Part shown: positions 1 through 8,153 of the stretch, piece by piece
How positions within the stretch are numbered: position 1 is the first letter of the stretch
Layout: each line of letters starts with the position of its first letter
Origin: Bacteroidota bacterium
GTDB lineage: Bacteria; Bacteroidota; Bacteroidia; Bacteroidales; Prolixibacteraceae
Assembly (NCBI GenBank): GCA_023393265.1
Contig: JAEWME010000188.1
Span: forward strand, 1 to 43,124
Reading direction: 5' to 3'
Length of the DNA stretch: 43,124 nucleotides
The notes under the pieces: generated by a model
What the model was told of the DNA's origin: nothing
Seen by the model: the letters and a program-made list of their open reading frames with translations, nothing else
Database searches by the model: none
Program-made: the position numbers and the translations under genes

Positions 1-746
1 GTCATGCCTTCTGTTTTAAATCCTGAAGCTGGTCCACCGCCCGTTTCGCCCGGATTGACATTAAAGCAGACAAAAATGTCGGAAGTTGGCACTTTGCCGT
101 TGACAGCCATGAGTTCCTTCTCGAAGAAATTGAAATAATACACCACCTTGTTTTTATACCAACCGCGGGTCAGCTCTGCGCTTTCGGTGCTCAGGAACCT
201 TTTGCGGGCCACCGAACCTTTGGGCACCACCGGGCAATTTACAATGGTTGTAGTTGTGGTAAGCGGATAACCCATTTGGTAAATTTCGTCGTAGCTGGTA
301 ATCGTATTGGCCACATAGTCTTTGGGAACCGCAACTTTTACGACCAGCCAGAAATCGTTGTAGCCTGCGTCGCCGGGAACAACATTCACAATGTTCAACT
401 GTCCCGAAACCGGAGTTGTTTCTCCTTCGCGAAACAGAACATAGATGGGAGCGGGTGTAGTGCTAAGTACGTCAAAATTGTAATAGATGGTTTTTTCACC
501 GTTCGGTCCCAGTCCGTGCGTGTTGAAGGCCGGTATGGCGTCGAAATCAACCGGTTGGTTCGCTGCCGGAAATCCATTGGAGGCATCCCGAAGGAAGAGA
601 TGGGCGAATCCTGGTCCAAAGCGGTCGATTGAAACATCGCCAGCCGTATCGGGATTGAGTGGCATGGGCATCGTGTCGTCATCTTTCATGCAGGCCGAAA
701 AACTTCCTGCGATGATCAGTGCCAGTGTGAATAGTTTTGCTTTCAT
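1..746 (-). CDS. Secreted lipoprotein of unknown function, 3' end beyond the window (resembles the domain family I recall as DUF7482)
   Basis: Translated by hand from ATG at 746: MKAKLFTLALIIAGSFSAC-MKDDDTMPMPLNPDTAG...YYNFDVLSTTPAPIYVLFREG...GQLNIVNVVPGDAGYNDFW...IVNCPVVPKGS...GWYKNKVVYYFNF... The frame is open to the window edge, with a signal peptide and lipobox (FSAC). Missing from the ORF track because no stop is in the window. Confidence 0.85.
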   Translation of the reverse strand, partial: MKAKLFTLALIIAGSFSACMKDDDTMPMPLNPDTAGDVSIDRFGPGFAHLFLRDASNGFPAANQPVDFDAIPAFNTHGLGPNGEKTIYYNFDVLSTTPAPIYVLFREGETTPVSGQLNIVNVVPGDAGYNDFWLVVKVAVPKDYVANTITSYDEIYQMGYPLTTTTTIVNCPVVPKGSVARKRFLSTESAELTRGWYKNKVVYYFNFFEKELMAVNGKVPTSDIFVCFNVNPGETGGGPASGFKTEGM

Positions 747-775
747 AGTGATACTTTTTTTACTGTTTACATCAG

Positions 776-811
776 CAAATCTCGCCGAACAGTATCACAG
801 AAGTATCACAG
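776..811 (-). promoter_or_regulatory. Lipoprotein promoter: weak -7 element plus tandem OmpR-type operator
   Basis: Exact direct repeat AGTATCACAG at 791-800 and 802-811 (11-bp period). GAGATTTG on the minus strand (776-783) is a partial TAnnTTTG. Confidence 0.65.
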
Positions 812-834
812 GAATGACACGATTTCTTCACTTT

Positions 835-2310
835 TCAGGAAGCCATTACCGGCAAATGGAAGCTGAATGCGGTACCTTTCCCGGGCTGACTGGTCACACG
901 GATAACCGAATGGTGCAAGTCGATGATTTTTTTCACGATGGCCAGCCCCAGACCGGTGCTTTCGCTGTATTGCTTGCCTTTGTAATATCGTTCGAAAATA
1001 AAGGGCAGTTCGTCAGACTTGATGCCTGTACCCGAATCTGTTACGCTGATTTCAACTCTGCCCGTCTTATCTGTTCTTACCATCACGTTAATTGTGTCAC
1101 CTTCCTTACAGAATTTGATGGCATTATCAATCAGGTTTTGCAGGACCCGGTCGATCAGCGTGATGTCGGCTTCCACAATCGGGTTTTCGTTGGGCAGGAA
1201 AGCATTGATGCTGATGCCTTTTTTCTCCGAAATGATGCGGTACTTGTTGGCAATGTCCGAAATCAGCTCTGCAATGGGGAAGGGTTCTGGGTTTAACCGA
1301 ATCTGGTTGGTTTGCAGTTTGGAGAGGTCAAACAGGTCGGTAACCAGTTTTTTGAGGCGCTCGCAGCTCGAATAAATAATTTCGAGGTATTTGTGCCTTT
1401 CTTCCGGCGTTATGTTTTCCTGTTTTAATAGCAATGTTTCGGCATATCCCTGTATCGATGCAACCGGTGTGCGCAAATCGTGCGACACATTGCTGATCAG
1501 TTCTTTCCTGAATTCGTCGGTCTCCTTTAGTTCCTGAATGTTTTTCGAGATGGTGCCTGCCATGTCGTTAAAAATAAGGCCAATCTGGTCGAGTTCGTCC
1601 CGATTTTTTACCGGAATGCGGGTGCTGAAATTACCATTCTGGAATTCGCGGATGCCTTGCACGATGCTGTTCAGTTTTCGGGTGATGAACCAGATGAGCA
1701 GCAGGCCAACAAAGGCCGAAACCACCAAAATAATGATAACTGAGCGGATGGAAAGCCCAAGGATGTAACTGCCAATGACCATTTGGGCCGCTGACACATA
1801 TTCCTGACTAGCCAGCACAATATAAATGTAGCCGGTTAATTGTCCCTGATCGACAACTTGCGCCGCTGAAAATGTTTTTTGCTCACCCGGATTGCGTGGG
1901 TCGTCGCCGAAAATCAGGTTGTGTCGTCCGTCGTTTAAAAAGCTTTTGATGGGGGCGAGCGACACCGACTCGAGTTTCACCACTTTTTCGGGTGCCACGA
2001 AAGCCAGTATCTTTCCTGAAGGATCGAGGAGATAGACTTCCACGCTCGGGTTAATCACCATCATCGAATGGACGATGTCTTCCATCGCTTCGCGGTTCAC
2101 TGTTCCGTTCTGAAACCTTGGTTTGATAAGGTCTACGGTGTTGGCTGCCAAATCCCAGTTCAGTTTTTGAGTCACTTCAACCGAATATTTACTGGCCGAT
2201 TTTACCGAAATGTAGAGGCTGATTCCGGCGAAAATGAACAGGACCAGAATGAAGATGACCGATATTTTCCAGTATAAACGGCTAAAAAACAAGGAATTTT
2301 TGCTTTTCAT
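835..2310 (-). CDS. Membrane sensor histidine kinase (2 TM, periplasmic domain, HAMP, HisKA, HATPase)
   Basis: H-box ISNVSHDLRTP, N-box NLIDNAIKF, G-boxes DSGTGI and GLGLAI; HAMP-like RDELDQIGLIFNDMA. Confidence 0.95.
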   Translation of the reverse strand: MKSKNSLFFSRLYWKISVIFILVLFIFAGISLYISVKSASKYSVEVTQKLNWDLAANTVDLIKPRFQNGTVNREAMEDIVHSMMVINPSVEVYLLDPSGKILAFVAPEKVVKLESVSLAPIKSFLNDGRHNLIFGDDPRNPGEQKTFSAAQVVDQGQLTGYIYIVLASQEYVSAAQMVIGSYILGLSIRSVIIILVVSAFVGLLLIWFITRKLNSIVQGIREFQNGNFSTRIPVKNRDELDQIGLIFNDMAGTISKNIQELKETDEFRKELISNVSHDLRTPVASIQGYAETLLLKQENITPEERHKYLEIIYSSCERLKKLVTDLFDLSKLQTNQIRLNPEPFPIAELISDIANKYRIISEKKGISINAFLPNENPIVEADITLIDRVLQNLIDNAIKFCKEGDTINVMVRTDKTGRVEISVTDSGTGIKSDELPFIFERYYKGKQYSESTGLGLAIVKKIIDLHHSVIRVTSQPGKGTAFSFHLPVMAS

Positions 2311-2357
2311 GGTGATGCGTATTTTTTGTTGTAGCCTGCACGATGCAGTGTGTGTGT

Positions 2358-3056
2358 TTATTCGCTCCTGAATTTATACCCCACGCCCCATGTTGTCAGG
2401 ATAAATTCTGGGCTGTTCAGGTTTTGCTCCACCTTGGCGCGCAGGCGGTTGATGTGCGAGTTCACCGTATGTTCGTATCCTTCGAACTGGTATCCCCAAA
2501 CCTGCTCTAACAGTTGAGTTCGGGTATAGATGCGTCCGGGGTTTGAAGCAAAAAGTACAAGCAGGTCGAATTCCTTGGGCGAAAGCTCTATGCGTTTTCC
2601 ATGCACTTCTACAATGCGCATGGTAATGTTGATGTACATTCCGTCGGTTTTTATTTCGCGGTTATCTTCATTCGATGCATTTTCCCGTGTTAGTTCCGAC
2701 CGTCGCAGGATGGCTTTCACACGTGCCATCAGTTCGCGGATGCTGAACGGTTTGGTGAGGTAATCGTCTGCTCCAATTTCGAGACCGATGATTTTGTCGA
2801 TTTCTTCCGACTTGGATGTGACCATCAGAACAGGCGTGTGGTTTTTCTCCTGCCGAAGCTTTTTGCACACCTCAAAACCGTCCAGTCCGGGCAGGCGGAC
2901 ATCAAGAATGATAATCCGGTAGCTGCCGTTCAGCGCTTTCATCAATCCCTCTTTGCCGTCGAATGCGGTTTCGACAGTAAATTGCATATCTGCTAAATGG
3001 ATGGAGATTAGGTTCGAAATATCCTGATCGTCTTCGATAATTAGTGCTTTTCCCAT
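2358..3056 (-). CDS. OmpR/PhoB-family response regulator
   Basis: Receiver (IIEDD, ILDVRLPG, GADDYLTKPF) plus winged helix (LSPKEFDLL, TVNSHINRLRAK, TTWGVGYKF). Start moved to ATG 3056 because the -7 element lies inside the longer ORF-track extension. Confidence 0.95.
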   Translation of the reverse strand: MGKALIIEDDQDISNLISIHLADMQFTVETAFDGKEGLMKALNGSYRIIILDVRLPGLDGFEVCKKLRQEKNHTPVLMVTSKSEEIDKIIGLEIGADDYLTKPFSIRELMARVKAILRRSELTRENASNEDNREIKTDGMYINITMRIVEVHGKRIELSPKEFDLLVLFASNPGRIYTRTQLLEQVWGYQFEGYEHTVNSHINRLRAKVEQNLNSPEFILTTWGVGYKFRSE

Positions 3057-3076
3057 GGCAATTTCTTCTGCTTTGT

Positions 3077-3111
3077 CAAAAGTAAACATCAATTGTCACA
3101 GAAAGATCACA
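3077..3111 (-). promoter_or_regulatory. Response regulator promoter: -7 element plus tandem operator
   Basis: TACTTTTG on the minus strand (3077-3084); TCACA at 3096-3100 and 3107-3111 (11-bp period). Confidence 0.65.
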
Positions 3112-3158
3112 AATTTCTAAAGTATTTGAATGTGAGAACTTAATGAGTGGGATGAAAC

Positions 3159-3189
3159 AAAAAAGGGAGGACTTTTTATATCCCCCCTT
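3159..3189 (-). terminator. Intrinsic terminator of the proline dehydrogenase gene
   Basis: Minus strand reads AAGGGGGGA-N9-TCCTCCCTT followed by TTTT. Confidence 0.7.
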
Positions 3190-3206
3190 GTAAAAACCCC
3201 CTAAAA

Positions 3207-4121
3207 TTAACCCCTAAAAAAAAGTGCCTTTATGATGTGTGACGTCATTTTCGGGTTTTCTTTCAACCGGCGGGTCGAGTACCCAAACCAGTCTTTCCCG
3301 AAAGGAACATACACACGCATTTTATATCCTTGTTTCACAATGTTGCCGCGAAGTTCGGGCGTTACACCGTAGAGCATCTGAAATTCAAATTTCGTTTTGT
3401 CAATTTTTTTCGCACCAATATATTCCTGTGCTTTCTCAACCAGGTATTTATCGTGTGTGGCAATTCCGACATACATTTTATTGTCGAGCATATAGTGCAG
3501 GTCGTCGAGGTAGTGTTCCCGAATTTCCTGGTGTTCTTTAAATGCGACTTGCTTTGGTTCAATATAAATTCCCTTACAAAGCCTGAAATTCAATGGAGAA
3601 CCATTCACATGGAAAGTGTTGTTCATCATTTCGAGGTCGCTTTTGGTCCTTCTCAGGTATGCCTGAATGACTAAACCAACATTGGCCGGGTATCTTTCCT
3701 GAAGTTTTCGGTACAATTCCAGTTCGGTGTCAACGCACTGAGAATCTTCCATGTCGATTCGGATGAACGAATTTTTTTCGTTTGCTTTTTTAATTACTTC
3801 TTCAATATTGGCAAAGCAGACATCTTTGTCGATGAGCAAGCCAAACATGGTCGGCTTCAGCGAGAAGTTGCCCTTGATTCCTTCCGAAGTAAATCGCTCG
3901 ATAATGTCGATGTATTTTTTTTTGTTCTCGGCAGCTTCTTCGATTGTTGTAATGAATTCGCCAAGCAAGTCGACAGTTACTTCGATGTTTTGCCTGTTCA
4001 GGTCGCGGCATGCAGCCAGCCCTTCTTCGATGGTTTCGCCTGCGATATATCGTTTCGAGAAAACCCAGATGAGTTTTTTCGGCATATATGGAAGGCAGCT
4101 TGCGATAATTTTATGAAGCAT
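3207..4121 (-). CDS. Monofunctional proline dehydrogenase
   Basis: Motifs DLLGE, IRIDMED, VIQAYLRR, RLCKGIY, IATHD, EFQMLYGV, RVYVPFG, YSTRRLKENP; 304 aa with no P5CDH domain. Confidence 0.93.
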   Translation of the reverse strand: MLHKIIASCLPYMPKKLIWVFSKRYIAGETIEEGLAACRDLNRQNIEVTVDLLGEFITTIEEAAENKKKYIDIIERFTSEGIKGNFSLKPTMFGLLIDKDVCFANIEEVIKKANEKNSFIRIDMEDSQCVDTELELYRKLQERYPANVGLVIQAYLRRTKSDLEMMNNTFHVNGSPLNFRLCKGIYIEPKQVAFKEHQEIREHYLDDLHYMLDNKMYVGIATHDKYLVEKAQEYIGAKKIDKTKFEFQMLYGVTPELRGNIVKQGYKMRVYVPFGKDWFGYSTRRLKENPKMTSHIIKALFFRG

Positions 4122-4608
4122 TTTTCTGAAATTCGGTTAATAAACGGTTGGTAAAAATAGCTCAACCTGATGGCCGAAATCCATGATGTTTATCAAGGTG
4201 AATCTATGATTTTACGCAGGTTTTAACGCTTTTCAGTTCGGTAAAAATTATCTTTTACAGCGGCGAAAAATAATCGGTTTATTGGGTGGATAGTGGTAAT
4301 AAATTTTTATTTTTGGCAAAATTTTATGAAAATGTTAATTTAACCGTCAGGAAAAAGGGCACTTATCAGGCCATCATCTTTTCATAAATTTTAGCCGGAA
4401 AACCGGTTTTTTTGTGTAGATTGAAACGTTCTATCCAATCTTTTGACCAATGTTTCGTTTTTTATGCGAAAGCCTGCGACAAAGACAGTTTCAGGAGTAA
4501 CAAACCGGATTGGCTAGTCTGACATTTTGTTATTTAGAAGCAACTTTTAGCAGTTTATAGTCATCAAATGGTTAAAAGTTGTAGTACCTAAATTGAAAAT
4601 TTATACGG

Positions 4609-5205
4609 ATGAAAAATACTTCGTTAATAGCATTTGTTGTTTTAGGTGTTGCAGTCGCCGGACTGTATATCTTGCATTTTGCAGGAGGTAAATCGAAATC
4701 AGTTTCTGATGGCGATGGCGGAAAAGACGCTGCCGCAGGTTTCAAAATTGCATATATCAAAGTTGATTCGCTAGTGGTGAATTACGATTTTGCACTCGAA
4801 ATGCACGACTCATTCACGAAGCAGCAGGATTCCTACACGAAGGAATATGCTGATAGACGCAGTAAATTCGAGTCCCAGGCTGCTGCTTTCCAGGAAAAAG
4901 TTCAGCGCGGTGGTTTCCTAACACAGGATCGTGCTATTGAAGAACGCGACCGCTTACTTGGTGAAGAGCAGCAAATCGGTAAACTCGATCAGGAATTGTC
5001 GTCGAAGCTGGCACAGTTGCAGGCCGAAAATAACAAGCAACTGCTCGACAGCGTGATGAATTACCTGAAAGTATTCAATAAAGACAAGAAGTACAACTAC
5101 ATTTTCGATGCAACTGGTGTTTTGGTTGGCGACGACTCGCACAACATCACCAAAGAAATTCTTACTGGATTAAATGCCCGCTATTCGAAAGTAAAACAGA
5201 AATAA
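4609..5205 (+). CDS. OmpH/Skp-family periplasmic chaperone
   Basis: N-terminal hydrophobic anchor, KIAYIKVDSL, long coiled coil, YNYIFD...NITKEILTGLNARY. Confidence 0.88.
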   Translation: MKNTSLIAFVVLGVAVAGLYILHFAGGKSKSVSDGDGGKDAAAGFKIAYIKVDSLVVNYDFALEMHDSFTKQQDSYTKEYADRRSKFESQAAAFQEKVQRGGFLTQDRAIEERDRLLGEEQQIGKLDQELSSKLAQLQAENNKQLLDSVMNYLKVFNKDKKYNYIFDATGVLVGDDSHNITKEILTGLNARYSKVKQK

Positions 5206-5219
5206 GTAATTCAAACGAT

Positions 5220-5257
5220 AAACAAAAAAATCCGAAGAAATTCGGATTTTTTTGTTT
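5220..5257 (+). terminator. Intrinsic terminator after the OmpH gene
   Basis: Perfect inverted repeat AAACAAAAAAATCCGAA-GAAA-TTCGGATTTTTTTGTTT. Confidence 0.85.
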
Positions 5258-5279
5258 CCGGCAAATCAAATTGGCACCA

Positions 5280-6470
5280 ATGTTTGCAGAGAGATACATA
5301 CAGAACAATGTTGTTTATCCGGCTTTCATTTCTGAAAAGCCCGTTAAAAATCTTTGGGCCGTTGTGATGATCCCTTGCCTGAAAGAGCCTGAAATTATTC
5401 GGACGCTGGAATCGCTCTGGTCATGTGCCCCGGTTGAATTGCCTTTGGAAGTGCTTGTGGTGGTGAACGAATCGGAAGCCAGCTCTACAGAAGTGAAAGA
5501 CTTTAACCTGAAGACACTGGATGATCTTTGGCGTTGGAAGGGCAAAAACGATCGTACTAAAATGATTTTGCGTCCTGTTCATGCGTCAGATGTTCCGGCG
5601 CGCCACGCAGGTGCGGGCATGGCCCGGAAAATTGGCATGGACGAAGCCATCCGCAGGTTCGCGCTCATCGATAAGCCTGATGGTGTAATTATTTCGCTTG
5701 ATTCAGACTGCCTGGTTTCCGAAAACTATCTTCAGCGTATTGCTGATTACTTTTCGGCAGATAGGAATCATTTTGCTGCGACACTCAACTTTCGCCATAG
5801 GGTGGAGGAGGTGGTTGACGAGCGGCTAAAAAGGGGAATCAGGATGTATGAAGATTACCTGCATTACTATAAGAAAGCGCACGATTTTGCCGGATTTCCG
5901 AATTCAATCTACACCATCGGTTCGGCTTTTGCCGTTCGGGCCGATGCTTATGTGAAGCAGGGCGGCATGAACCGGCGACAGGCTGGCGAAGATTTTTATT
6001 TTCTGAATAAACTGACGGATCTCGGTAAAGTCGACGAAATTGCCGACGCTTTTGTTTATCCTTCAGCCCGTGTGTCGGATCGTGTTCCGTTTGGCACAGG
6101 TGCGGCGATGACTAAATGGATGGGTGATGAAGGTGATCTCACTCATACTTATAATTTTTCAGCTTTTCAGGATTTAAAGAGTCTTTTCGATTTCGCCGGA
6201 AAGTTTTACCGCGCAACATCGGAACAACTGAACGAAATAATGATTGGGTTGCCTGTGTCGATTCAGGAGTACAGTAACCTCATTTCGTTTGTGCCAAAAG
6301 TTCAGGAAATTAATCAGAACAGTTCTTCTGAGCCAGCGTTCCGTAAACGGTTTTTCCAGTTCTTCGATGCTTTTGTGATCATGCGTTTCCTGAATTTGTC
6401 GCATCCCGCATTTTACCCCCGGCAGGATTTGTACGAAGCCATTGTTCAAATGGAAAGCCAGCGAAAATAA
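5280..6470 (+). CDS. GT-A fold (family 2-like) glycosyltransferase
   Basis: VVMIPCLKE, VLVVVN, GAGMARKIGMD, DxD motif (LDSD), GEDFYF. ATG 5280 preferred over TTG 5271. Confidence 0.8.
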   Translation: MFAERYIQNNVVYPAFISEKPVKNLWAVVMIPCLKEPEIIRTLESLWSCAPVELPLEVLVVVNESEASSTEVKDFNLKTLDDLWRWKGKNDRTKMILRPVHASDVPARHAGAGMARKIGMDEAIRRFALIDKPDGVIISLDSDCLVSENYLQRIADYFSADRNHFAATLNFRHRVEEVVDERLKRGIRMYEDYLHYYKKAHDFAGFPNSIYTIGSAFAVRADAYVKQGGMNRRQAGEDFYFLNKLTDLGKVDEIADAFVYPSARVSDRVPFGTGAAMTKWMGDEGDLTHTYNFSAFQDLKSLFDFAGKFYRATSEQLNEIMIGLPVSIQEYSNLISFVPKVQEINQNSSSEPAFRKRFFQFFDAFVIMRFLNLSHPAFYPRQDLYEAIVQMESQRK

Positions 6471-6496
6471 AAAGCCGAAGGAATGCTTCGGCTTTT
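6470..6496. terminator. Bidirectional terminator between the convergent GT gene and araA
   Basis: AAAAGCCGAAG-GAATG-CTTCGGCTTTT. Confidence 0.85.
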
Positions 6497-6515
6497 CGGA
6501 TTCTTACTTATTACT

Positions 6516-8027
6516 TTACTTCAACCCATTGGATAAGTGGTAATAAACTTCATTCCATCTGAGTTCATTTTTTAGGTCGGATATGCAGGTATTCTTATTG
6601 ATTTGAATGAGTTCAATGCCAGCCATATCGCAAAAATCTTCGATATATTCTGCTGTTACAGCCTGGCTGAAAGCATTGTGGTGTGCACCTCCCGCATAAA
6701 TCCAGGCTGCAGCGCCTGTTTTCAGGTCGGGTTGCGGAATCCAGAGAGCGCTGGCTGTTGGTAGTTTTTCCAGTTTGGCTTCCGGTTCAACACATTCCAC
6801 ATCGTGCACTACCATACGGAAGCGGGTTCCCATGTCTACAAGGCTTGTACAGGTTGCAGGTCCTATTTTGGTATTGAAAACCAGGCGGGCAGGTGCTTCT
6901 TTTCCGCCAATACCCAGTGGATGAACTTCAATTTTCGATTTACCATCAGCTATCGACGGACATATTTCGAGCATGTGAGCACCCAACGCTTTGTATCCTG
7001 AAACAGGATTCAGATGGTAGGTGTAATCTTCCATGAATGAGCAGCCGCCATCCAATCCGAGTCCCATTACTTTTACCGCGCGTACCAGTGCAGCGTGTTT
7101 CCAGTCGCCTTCTGCACCAAATCCGTAACCAGCCGCCATCAGTCGCTGAGAAGCCAAACCTGGCAATTGTTTCAGTCCGTGGAGGTCTTCGAAGGTTGTT
7201 GTGAAAGCTTTGAACTTTCCGGCTTCGAGGAACGACTTGATTCCGGCCTCAATGCGTGCCTGGTAGCGAACGCTGTCGTGATATTTGCCGCCAACCTGCG
7301 CTTCCTTGTCAAAGTCGTATGTTGCTTCATATTCTTCCATCAACTGGTCAATTTCGCTTTCGCTTACCGAGTTTATGATTTTGACAATATCACCAACCGG
7401 CCAGGTGTTAACCGACAGTCCAAATTTGATTTGTGCTTCAACTTTGTCTCCTTCGGTGACAGCGACTTCGCGCATGTTGTCGCCAAATCGGGCGATTTTG
7501 GCACCTTGCATGTCATACCAGGCTGCGGCTGCGCGTGTCCAAACGCCAATACGTTCCTGAACATCTTCTTCTTTCCAGTAGCCAACCACCACTTTTCGGT
7601 TTTTGCGGAGGCGCGAAAGGATGAACCCATGCTCGCGGTCGCCGTGAGCGGCCTGGTTCAGGTTCATAAAATCCATGTCAATTTCGGCCCAGGGCAGGTC
7701 GCGGTTGTATTGGGTATGCAGTTGAAGCATCGGTTTGTTTAATATTTTCAGCCCGTTGATCCACATTTTCGAGGGCGAAAAGGTATGACACCAGGTTACA
7801 ACTCCAATACATTTTGAGTCGGAATTGGCTTCGATGCAAACGCTGGTGATTTCATCAGGACTACGCATTACCGATTTGTGAACGATGCTAACAGGTATTT
7901 TGGCCGAATCGTTGAAAAATGCAGCAATTTCTTTTGAGTTGGCAGCTACCTGTTGCAGCACTTTCGGGCCATACAGGTCCTGGCTTCCGGTTACAAACCA
8001 AACTTCCAGTTCTTTTAGTTTAATCAT
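6516..8027 (-). CDS. araA: L-arabinose isomerase
   Basis: [57 protein letters not shown]. Start at ATG 8027 ([11 protein letters not shown]). Confidence 0.97.
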   Translation of the reverse strand: MIKLKELEVWFVTGSQDLYGPKVLQQVAANSKEIAAFFNDSAKIPVSIVHKSVMRSPDEITSVCIEANSDSKCIGVVTWCHTFSPSKMWINGLKILNKPMLQLHTQYNRDLPWAEIDMDFMNLNQAAHGDREHGFILSRLRKNRKVVVGYWKEEDVQERIGVWTRAAAAWYDMQGAKIARFGDNMREVAVTEGDKVEAQIKFGLSVNTWPVGDIVKIINSVSESEIDQLMEEYEATYDFDKEAQVGGKYHDSVRYQARIEAGIKSFLEAGKFKAFTTTFEDLHGLKQLPGLASQRLMAAGYGFGAEGDWKHAALVRAVKVMGLGLDGGCSFMEDYTYHLNPVSGYKALGAHMLEICPSIADGKSKIEVHPLGIGGKEAPARLVFNTKIGPATCTSLVDMGTRFRMVVHDVECVEPEAKLEKLPTASALWIPQPDLKTGAAAWIYAGGAHHNAFSQAVTAEYIEDFCDMAGIELIQINKNTCISDLKNELRWNEVYYHLSNGLK

Positions 8028-8072
8028 ATTTTTAAGTATTAATTTTTTCAGTTTGACAAGATAAAAATAAAT

Positions 8073-8091
8073 AAATGTATAAATCACACTT
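8073..8091. promoter_or_regulatory. Candidate NrtR-family (AraR-like) operator
   Basis: Imperfect palindrome AAATGT-ATAAATC-ACACTT (GT-N7-AC core) about 45 bp upstream of araA. Confidence 0.4.
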
Positions 8092-8153
8092 ATATATTTG
8101 AGTAAAATTTATCTTGTTTTTGAACATGTTTTGTGCCGTCAGTTTTTATCCTT

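Noticed and set aside
276..1296. Plus-strand ORFs 276..632 and 487..1296, and minus-strand ORF 395..682
   Set aside because: Shadow frames of the lipoprotein and kinase genes with no recognisable motifs; the lipobox-bearing frame explains the region
2347..2357. Short GT dinucleotide run between regulator and kinase as a phase-variation tract
   Set aside because: Only about 5 units, intergenic and not within a promoter spacer
8028..8087. N-terminal extensions in the ORF track (araA; also the response regulator, decarboxylase, nqrC, FtsB-like, HsdR-N and 10391 ORFs)
   Set aside because: They start at alternative codons, overlap promoter elements or neighbouring genes, and precede the family-typical N-termini
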